This document shows, one piece after another, positions 53,732-64,000 of a stretch of 64,000 nucleotides of DNA (the stretch's first letter is position 1; every line of letters starts with the position of its first letter). The notes below the pieces were generated by a model. That model was given only the letters and a program-made list of their open reading frames with translations, was not told the DNA's origin and did no database searches. Origin of the DNA: Phoronis australis (Eukaryota > Animalia > Phoronida); the NCBI GenBank assembly GCA_002633005.1, contig NMRA01000129.1:244791-308790 (forward strand). The letters run 5' to 3'. The translations under genes and the position numbers were made by a program.

Positions 53732-56700
53732 TTAGCAATCTTCCCTTGTCTTTTTCAGCAGGTTACTGATGAAGAATTCCCCTGCAGAAGCAAAGCCACA
53801 CATAAACACAACGCAATGCTTTCACATCACGCAACCAAGGTTGCAGCTGAACAACAAATCACAATGAAAAGACGAGCAATTTTTCACTTATGGCATTGAA
53901 AACTTTTCACTGATGATTAACATGAAATGGACTGAAACCCAGATTGCCAACTATATTGGTTAGCTTCACTTCAGAACTGATGGTAAATTTGAATGTCAGT
54001 ACACTATTATCGTGCGACGTGCAAGGATTACACATGTAGGCAAAAATGGAATAACTTTAGTTTGGTGACACTGTCAGCAGTCATATAATGGCATTATATT
54101 CAGGTCAAATGATACACAATACAGTTGGGGGACTTGTGGAATGAATGTTATAAACCAGGCTCCTAATGCGCTTACCTTCACACGTGTGATCCATAGGTGT
54201 CGCAGCAATGAAAAAAGTGGGGCTATAGCCCCCCTCCCAGCCCCCCTGTGGTGCACCGCCCATAGACCATGAGCTGTGCAGCACTAAAAAAGTGGGCTAT
54301 AGCCCTCTATGGTGCACCACCGATGTGATAAAGATAACTCTTACCTGCTTTATATGATGACCTGACCAGGGGGCCACTGGCAGTGTACGCGAAGCCTAGC
54401 TGATATCCAACCTTCTCCCAATATTTGTACTTGTCAACAGAAAGGTATTCCTTCACCTGTTTGGAAAAGCTATGAATAGAAACTGGGAAAGATACATCCT
54501 CGCGCAACCGCAAACATACGCAATAATTCAACTGCTCCGAATTTTTGTCCTTTTGGTTAAGAGTGACCATTATGCAAGGGCTGCGTTTTGTCAAAGTGCA
54601 TGGGCATACTTGAAGCTAAAGACTGGCACATCTAGCAGTGTTACTGCCACACAGTTCCTTAAAGTGAACTGTGAAAAGAGTAGTTAACTGTAAATGAGAA
54701 CTACAGACAGTGAGACGAATGTGTTTTCAAATTAACGAGTCTATCACCCTTCTACCTAGGACCAAGAGTACAATACTTGATATCAGATGCCAATGGCAAA
54801 TCAAAATAGTTGAAGATGGTTGCTTACCTTCAAGTGCCTTTTTGTGGGTTGCATGTACTGGCCTAGTGTTAGACAGTCAACTCCAATGTTACGGAGATCT
54901 AAAAATGGACGAGATATTGTCAAATATAAGATAAGTGCAGAGGGACACTTATATGTGAACAAAAACTCCATACAAACTGCTTTACCATGTAAATATCTAT
55001 CAGTTCATCAGTTCAGACTCACGCTTTAAAAGGTGAGGTACGACCCAGTACACACTGTATGTCTCCCTATGTCTGGCACTTTGTAACTCTTGGTCTTGAC
55101 TAGAGTATTGCAAACTTGATACGAAAGGTGCTCGATATTCCCTAGGTGTCGCTAATGAAAAACGTCTCACTTTTTAACTTTTCAATGAACTGAGAACAGA
55201 AAGTATTCCATCAGTTTGGTGGCATTCATGGGATAAGGCTTCCATGTGATGACCCAGTTGCATGCATCACCATGGCTACATCTCTTGCTTTACTAGTGAC
55301 ACCTAGTGGATTTCAATTACCCCGTTGAACAGTACAGTCACTAAATTTATTTTCAAATACCAAATATATATCAAATGCTAAGTATGAAAAATAAAGGATA
55401 CAAAGAGCCCAGTTTGTCATAACTAGCATAAAGTAAGCTACCTACTTTCATAAACTTACAAAATTCGATCGCTGGTAATTCAAACTCATAATTGGCTTAA
55501 TGTTAACTTCTGTGAATGGCCCTGATATGCTTCATCTTAAGGTTTACACAATTTCCTGTCTTTATTACCACTATTCTACATTCAAGGAGCACCCGCAGTT
55601 TACCGGCATTATGTGAGAGGTTCTGCGTACTGCGTTACGCTTACATAGTCAAATTTGCTAACTTAACTTACAACATCCTCAGGGTGGAGAAATCACCCAG
55701 TAAACAGATTCATAAAACCCTCGACTATGAGTCATTTGCAAGTAACAGTTGGCGCTTAACAGTTAATAACTTTCAAAAAAGGGAAAGCTTTTTTCGTCAC
55801 AAATTGGAGTTCTGGAGCAAAAATGTTGGCTACTTTTAATTCAATTGACAGTATTATTTTTCACCTGATTTTCTTCCGTGTTTTCACCACAACCTCAACA
55901 AAGCTAGATAATTTTCAACAAAATTCACCAACTCGTTTAGACTATAGCATTGAGGCAGTATCTCATTCCAAGTCGATAGTATTTACAGAGTCCAGCCATC
56001 TGATTCGTAATATTTCTTTGTAAGGCCAAAAATTAAAAAATAACCCACCACACCGTCCAGCCGCTGGATTCACTGCATGCCTCACCTTGCATAGTTTTAT
56101 ACACTTCTTCATCCTTCTCGCCGAGTCCCAACATAATAGACGTCTTGGTTACCATTTTGGGCCTGTGCTTCTTCACATGTTCGAGAACACTAAGAGATTG
56201 TTTGTAATTCGCTCTGGAGTCTCTCACGAACCTACACGAGCAAAAGGGACAAGAAATGACTTGGTGATCTAGAATTATTTACAACTTTCTCAGATTTGTT
56301 CATTTAATCATATTTTCATGAAACCACACCCAACTGCCTTGCAGGACAATCCTCTAGTTCATGACCCGCACGATGCTGGCTGTGGGTAGAACTGCTTTAG
56401 AAGTAGAAAACCTGTTGCTCGAATAACCCAATGCAATATTTATTTACTTACTGGTCAAAATTTTCAACCATAGACTGCAATCACGGTATCCACATCTTTA
56501 AGTAAATCCTTTCTCCGAATGGGAGGGGGGGAACCAAAAGTGATAACACGCTGCGCATTTCTGGTGAACTGAGGAAAGCAACCCATTAATTGTTGAAAGT
56601 TACTCATACTGATATTATTTATTTTGATTTCTTTTTGAGTTTTGGGCTGCAAGAACAATAAGTGCCTATCAGCATCATTTACTTGCCATTTGAAATGAAA

Positions 56701-59700
56701 CAAATGGATTGAGCAATGACTAAATTGGACTTATAATTGTACAACAAAGAAAGTATGTCAAGCTAGTCCAAATTTCAACCAAAAATTAACTTTTAAATCA
56801 AAATTAAGCGTTGCGATGTCATACGGCAATACTGAATTTATGAGTCTTTATGCAGTCATATGCAGCAGTCCGATTGTTGTGTGTTGTCAACTTAATTTTT
56901 CAACAACAACGATAACGCCATGTGCACTAGCACAAAATCCCTGTTGTTATCCAGCAGCACCTAGCGTTACCAACTGGGCCATGGTACCATGCAGCAAATC
57001 TTAACCTGCTTAGCATGTTGTAGCAATACTTATTTCTCACCTTTGTAATGCCTCTACCGTCTCCACATTGTGTGCGTAGACATCCAGACCAGAGTCAGCC
57101 ACCGTTTCAACACACTCCAGATCACCAGCAAAGTCCGGTGTGAGACACTCGACAAGCATAGAGGGCTTCCTGGAAAAAAATAAATCCCTACACCCCTTCT
57201 GGTTAACACGTCACACACGGGACAAGCAGGAAAAAACCCAACAAGTAAATGGGTTCCAGACAAAATAAGATTTGAATCCTACGTTACGATTAGCTCCCAA
57301 ATGAAACATGAACTTAGGGTCAGAACATCACAAATTTCATCAACTCATTTTTCAAACTGCTGTTGCCTAGAAAAGGAACCAGGAATAGTTCTTGTTTATT
57401 TTGTAGATGTTAAGTAATAATCTCAGACAATGTAAGTAAATTTAGAGGAACGCAACAACAACAACAAGAGCAACGCAGAGCGTTGAAATGCGCCCACAAT
57501 TGCACCGCATACGGTATCCTTCTAGGGTTGTTTATTGGTACCATAAAGTGGCCAGTAGAGGGCATATATGTAGTATGTTGTACTTTGCAAAATGGAAAGG
57601 CATGGTCATTGTCTCCTCAATAGGCTAGGGGCAAAATGTGAGTGATCTTCATAATACAAGCACATCCTNNNNNNNNNNNNNNNNNNNNNNNNNNNNNNNN
57701 NNNNNNNNNNNNNNNNNNNNNNNNNNNNNNNNNNNNNNNNNNNNNNNNNNNNNNNNNNNNNNNNNNNNNNNNNNNNNNNNNNNNNNNNNNNNNNNNNNNN
57801 NNNNNNNNNNNNNNNNNNNNNNNNNNNNNNNNNNNNNNNNNNNNNNNNNNNNNNNNNNNNNNNNNNNNNNNNNNNNNNNNNNNNNNNNNNNNNNNNNNNN
57901 NNNNNNNNNNNNNNNNNNNNNNNNNNNNNNNNNNNNNNNNNNNNNNNNNNNNNNNNNNNNNNNNNNNNNNNNNNNNNNNNNNNNNNNNNNNNNNNNNNNN
58001 NNNNNNNNNNNNNNNNNNNNNNNNNNNNNNNNNNNNNNNNNNNNNNNNNNNNNNNNNNNNNNNNNNNNNNNNNNNNNNNNNNNNNNNNNNNNNNNNNNNN
58101 NNNNNNNNNNNNNNNNNNNNNNNNNNNNNNNNNNNNNNNNNNNNNNNNNNNNNNNNNNNNNNNNNNNNNNNNNNNNNNNNNNNNNNNNNNNNNNNNNNNN
58201 NNNNNNNNNNNNNNNNNNNNNNNNNNNNNNNNNNNNNNNNNNNNNNNNNNNNNNNNNNNNNNNNNNNNNNNNNNNNNNNNNNNNNNNNNNNNNNNNNNNN
58301 NNNNNNNNNNNNNNNNNNNNNNNNNNNNNNNNNNNNNNNNNNNNNNNNNNNNNNNNNNNNNNNNNNNNNNNNNNNNNNNNNNNNNTTTTGAAGATACAAA
58401 GGTAAGCGTAAAAAAATTAAAATTGCCACTAGGGGGCACACCGGTAGTCGGATCCGTCCAAAAGTCGTCATCTTCCTTTGTTAACATCATATAAATATAC
58501 TTACGCAATTTCGTAACGATCCTGCGAACGGTTTAGGAGATACAGCCATAGGCGCAAAAAAAAACAAAACTGCCACTAGGAGGAGCCACAGTGGTCAAAA
58601 TCGTCGGAAAATCATCGTCAACCGTCCTCTACATAGTAAGCATATACATGCCAATTTTCACAATCATCCTTTGAGCGGTTTGGTTGATAGAGGGGTGGAC
58701 GCACAAAAACAGACTCAAAAACACTAAAAATGGCCACTAGGTGGCGCAAACTATGTCAAATCCATCTGAAAACGGCAGGATAGCGTCATCTCACTAATAG
58801 GTGCCTACATACCAAATTTCATGAAAATCCGTTCGGGACTTTTGAACATACAAAGGTAAGCGTAAAAAACTAAAATTGCCACTAGGGGGCACACCGGTAG
58901 TCAGATCCGTCCAAAAGTTCGCACATGCCGTTCCATTCATGAATGAAACATATGTGCCAAATTTCATGAACATATGTCAAAGGGTTTTGGAGATAGAGCA
59001 GCGGACGCCGGACGGATGCCGCCCGTACGGACGGACGGACGGAGATGACGGCATAATGCACCCACATATTTATATGTGGGCGCATTATGCGTCCACATAT
59101 AAATATGTGGGCGCATAAAAATGCAGTAAATGTTGTAAACTGAAAGACATCCAATATGAATGACAAACACTAGACAAACGTTCCTGCATACAAGAAAATA
59201 ATTTAAGTTAAGTGCATCACACTTAGTAAATGGACTTTTCTGCACTATACGAAACATCAAGCAAAGTTCAGTGAAGTGCACTGCTTAATCTGTAGCATTG
59301 TTTTTCCTCAGATGCTTTGGTGAAAATTTGAACCAATAAGAAGAGAAAATCTGAAACGCATACAAACCGCTTCTTTATTTCTCTCACTGTTTCAGCAATA
59401 TGCTCAGCACCACCATCAGGCAAGTCTAAAATTACAACAAATCCAGACAACATTCAACAGCATTACACACCGTAAACGTATTAATTTTCAACAAACACTG
59501 AAGCCTGGCTATCTAAGGAAAAGTACCAGACCTTCTAAAAAATTACGCAGCTACAGAGAGCAATGGTCCTGTCTTGGCGAGAAACTCGGCACATAATTTG
59601 TGACTACAGCTCCTTCTGTTTTTAAGGCGGTTACAATTTCATATCAAAACTACTAAGATATTCAACGTTTCTTAATGATCATAATTCTTGTTGCAGCACA

Positions 59701-61626
59701 AGACAGAATTCAATTGAGTATGGGACTATCAGCCTTTGTGTAGCCCAACAAAACACTTATAACCTCCTACTTACCATCCCAAACTATACTCCCACCCCCT
59801 CTCATAGTTGAATCACGTTACAACAAACCCTGTTTATAATATTCACTAGCTCATAACAATCCATTTCGCAAGTTCCCATCGTCTCTAATGCAAAATACCC
59901 TTTCTACTTCGTTTCAATGAACATGAATGCAATGTTCACATGGTTATAATGTACCAATTCCAATGTCCCAGTGGGTAACTTCACCAACTTTACAGAGACC
60001 CAGCGTATGCACGCCTAGGAACTGAACAAGCAAACCTCAATTTCATGTTTGTGCACAGCATGAAATGCACACAGGCAATGATTTGTTGCAAGTGGCGAGT
60101 AAACGAAAACAGATCTGTCGAACTTCTATATTCTATGCTTTATATTTTCTCTAAAACGTAGATTCGGTTACAGCAAACATCGTTTATAATGAATGTCTTC
60201 GATAAGTCCTGACAGGTTCATTGTAATGACCTTTGACTGTACTTACCATCCCTGTCTACTGACGTAAGAACCACGTAGTCTAGTCCCCAGTCAGCTAGTG
60301 CTTGGGCTGTATTGGATGGTTCCATGGGATCTGGAGGGGGAGGGGCACGAGATGTTTTTACCGAGCAGAACCTGCAGCCACGTGTACAGGTGTCGCCTAG
60401 CACCTGCAATATAACTAAGATGTTTATTGTGAGATGCACCCACGGGCTTACGGTAGCTGTTTTAAACATACAGGATACACAAGGAATTAGATGATCAGGT
60501 ACAAAGCCGCCACTTAAACAAAATGAAATGCATTTTTGTCAGCAAAGTTTGCAATGCATTTAAAGGGGTTGTAAACTCATGTATTCTTTTGAAACAACTT
60601 TCGACTTAGGCCATGTTTTAGTGAGACTGGTCACACCTTGTCCTTTATTCAAATAAAAATGATTTCTAGGCTTATGAAGTGACACTGGTCATTAGGGCGT
60701 CAGACCAGGCCTGTTAAGCTTCTCGTCGTGGGGGGTTAGTTTCTGTGCCATTTGCGACCTGAAATTCAGAGACGCCAGCTGAAAGTTTAGCCAACTCACA
60801 CGAGATACATGTGTGCAACTTAGGAATTCAACTCACGCGAGTTCCCACCTTAACTGGCAAAAATCTGTCCACCTGTGTGAATCTCATTATCTTAAAAAAA
60901 CTGGCAGAATAAGTTAACTTGAGTCGCCAAATCAAATGCAAAAAACCCTTCATCCCGCCAGTCTGTTTAAGAACTCTTCTTTAGTCCGTAATATTTTGCA
61001 ACAGGAACTAATCTTGTAAATGCAACCTGATTTCTACAAATAAGCCCCGCGATTTTGGCCAGGTCGCAAATGACGGCCTGCTGATTTTTTTAGGGTAGAG
61101 GGCGGACTCAGTGAGACGTCGCTACACACCATGATGGTAGCCGTGGCCGTTCCATGCTCTCCGCCACCCCAACATTCACCAATGTTAGGACACCTCGCCT
61201 CCTCACAAACAGTGTGCAATTTCTTGTTCCTCAACGACGACTTAATTCTGCTATAATTCTTTCCCTTGGGAATCTCGGTTTTCAGCCACGATGGCAAGCG
61301 TACCCTAGAGTAAAAATTATGTTCATTAAAATTATCATATCTCACAGTGCCATGTATCAACCGTTCTCTCAGTATGTTCTAGGTAATATACATAGTGATG
61401 AAACAAAACCAGATAAGTATTTGATACAGAATGATGGGGATATCTCTGCATGATTTTTTATAACATTTTGCATAGTTTACCTTTCTCCTCTCTTCACCTT
61501 GATACTCTCCATAGAGCCCAAGGCCTCCTCAGCAAGAAAGTCAGCCAAACCAGGCCCATTAGCTAATCTGTCTCTCTGTTCTCCAGATAACGTGCCATAA
61601 AGCTGGCTGACCACACAAGCACCCCA
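53732..61626 (-). CDS. LIAS: Lipoyl synthase, mitochondrial (radical SAM); start exon not located
   Basis: Phase-consistent exons 61626-61481, 61304-61130, 60403-60247, 59425-59368, 57169-57041, 56231-56086, 54898-54828, 54456-54345, 53781-53732 (stop). Motifs: [19 protein letters not shown] (CX4CX5C), CTRGCRFC (CX3CX2C), [45 protein letters not shown]. Confidence 0.96.
57463..59121 (-). mobile_element. Helentron-associated (HINE/DINE-1-like) element, copy 2, in a LIAS intron (contains N gap)
   Basis: Highly similar reverse complement of 31831-33257, with the same termini, (GGAC)n tract and internal units. Confidence 0.85.
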
Positions 61627-64000
61627 CTGTGGATATAATACACATCTCAGTTACAAAAACAATAACACATGTCAAGTTTGAAATCAGAAAACACTCTTGA
61701 GGAGCCGCGCATAATGGTGTGCTACGGTTGTCAAATCAACGTCAGTGCATGCCCGCCATGTTGTGAAAAACTAGAATGCCCAATAGTTGGATCTGTCCGA
61801 TATCAACTGGAGCCAGCTAATCCCTGCCATAAATCTCACGACAAGTTTCATCAAAATCTCCATGTTAAGCTGCTTTGATGAAAAATAAAGAGGCCAACAG
61901 GAGGTGCTACAGTACTCATACCTATCCAAAAATCGACTGGTGCATCCACACAATTTATTGTCTCAAATTTCAACTTTTCACAATAAGCGATGGACATAAT
62001 TAAAATTTAAACTGTCAACCGGGGAAGATAGCCAAACCCATCTGAAAATTAACTGGCAGTCTGGTATTGACACATTTCCACTACAAACTTTTTGCGAAAA
62101 GTTTCATCACAGAAACTGATCTGCGGCATCCACCCAGCAATGAAATTGCCTACACTCAGCTAGAGTGTGGATGCTGTGCGTGAACTTGGAATCCTGCTTA
62201 TTCTCAAGATTAAGCTGAAGTTAGCGAGGACAGCATTCTTCAGCGAATCGCTTCGCGTATCTGTCACCGTGTTAAATTCGCTCACTACAATCGGCAAAAA
62301 ATAACTCAAAAATGTAATAAATGTGAATAAAAATTATTGAAAACTATGAAAGAATATATTGTTTTACTTATCTTATAATCTTTTTTTTGTCGCAAAATTC
62401 GTTTAATAATACTTTGCACGAGTTTTTTGCAGGGACGTGACCGATTTTTCAGGCCAAAATGGATGCCGGTAAAAATGAGTGCTATTTGGTTTTCAACCCA
62501 GGAGAAGACTAAACTCGCGAATTTTTACGTGAAACTTCGTGAAAGAACAAAAGGGAGCCTTCCGAACACGATTATGTAAGTAGTTTTCACTTTCCTGCAC
62601 TTAAAAGTTGAAAAAGTCGCCTGTTCCCGCGACCTTCAACTTCGAGCTGAATTTATTGGTATATAGAATAATTTGCGAATGTAATGAACTGTATTCCGCA
62701 CTAAAGGGTTCATTAATGAACTATTTCAAACACTTGCTTTAAACAAACATTTCGTCAATTTCTGACAATCGGGCAAATTTCTGACTCACTTCGTAGTTCC
62801 GGGTACTGCCGCTAGGGGTGGTCCTGTGAATCGCGTTGAATGTTTGGTTTACAATACTGAAGCACTTCAACTTTTGCTGATGAAAACTCAATGTAAAGGA
62901 GAACTAAACAGTCATTTCTCGTAGTGAGAACAATGATTCTTATATTTAAGGTTTTTTTTACTATTTTGCTTCACATTTTTGTTGGTCAAGCCACTGATAG
63001 ACTTGGGTTGGCTTGCTGCCAGAGAGGTCCACACCCATCTTGCTTTGTTGGTCATGACATTTTATTCAGAATATGTCAAGATAGAAAATGAAAATGTTTT
63101 AATTTTAGATTAAACAAATATTACAAATGTGCAGTTCTACTGCAGTCCTGTGTTTCCAAGACTTTGTGGTCCACTACTTTGAAACATACATGCTTTCGAT
63201 AAACTTTTTTTCTGACCACGGGCCAGTATATATAGTTTTTAACAGAACAATTGAGGTTTGCCTACACTGTTCATAAATCTCACCCTAATCTTTATCCTCC
63301 AGGTAAGCTTTGTTGGAATTTGCTTTGGACCAAACCAGTTGTTATTTTCTTCATTATTTTTGTTCTTATAATTTCACTCCTATTTATCAGTTTCTATCTT
63401 CATCATGTCTCACATTTCTTTCTCAACAGACTCTGCTTCTAGCTCTTGGTCCAGATCCTTCTACTTTCCTGCTTCTACTGATTCTACTTGCATTTTATCA
63501 GTTATTCAGTTGGACATGATCTCATAGACAAACGGTCAAAGCCTCCTTCATTTTGGGTCTCCCCTCCACCTATCGGACTGTGCTTTTCAGCTCCTGATGC
63601 TGTTGAGGAGTACGCGAAGAAGTACCATACGCCAACACCACCTCTTAAGACACTGTCAGACAAATACTGACATGACCTATCTAGCTATTTCTTTTTTCTT
63701 TTCACAACCTTGTAGTTTAATAGTAAGTATTATGTCACCTTTGTTAAAATGTGCATAATTTCCAAGTAGGGTAACATTTTCGCATAACACTGTTCAAATA
63801 ATTATGAATTTAATTATAGTATTCTTTCAGGTCCTCGGATATCTGTCTTGGTTTAATATCCATTACAACGAAGATGAGGCTATCTACTCCTTTCGGCTGA
63901 TTGATGACTTTGGTCAAAGGGACTTCGAAGTGCTGGAATAACTCAGTGTTGCATATAGATACTCCAATGCCTTATGATAGTCAGAAAGGGTTTGGCCCCC

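Overview
AT-rich animal (invertebrate-like) genomic DNA with GT-AG spliced genes and two N gaps; it is not prokaryotic. Left to right: an intronless class A GPCR (+, 4473-5456); a 3-exon gene (-, 11786-14902) resembling the non-polymerase 'isoform 2' product of vertebrate POLR1D, apparently without AC19/RPAC2 exons; a complete 22-coding-exon KIDINS220/ARMS (+, 25209-49727, 1640 aa); and a convergent lipoyl synthase LIAS (-, 53732-61626, first exon unresolved). Non-coding DNA holds a 932-bp foldback element (261-bp TIRs, 9-bp TSD), two copies of a Helentron/DINE-type element whose internal repeats carry CTCF-consensus motifs, several MITEs and minisatellites. I found no clearly novel multi-gene system. 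The best leads are the stand-alone POLR1D-isoform-2-like gene and the CTCF-motif-bearing element. Family assignments come from recalled sequences and motifs, not database searches.
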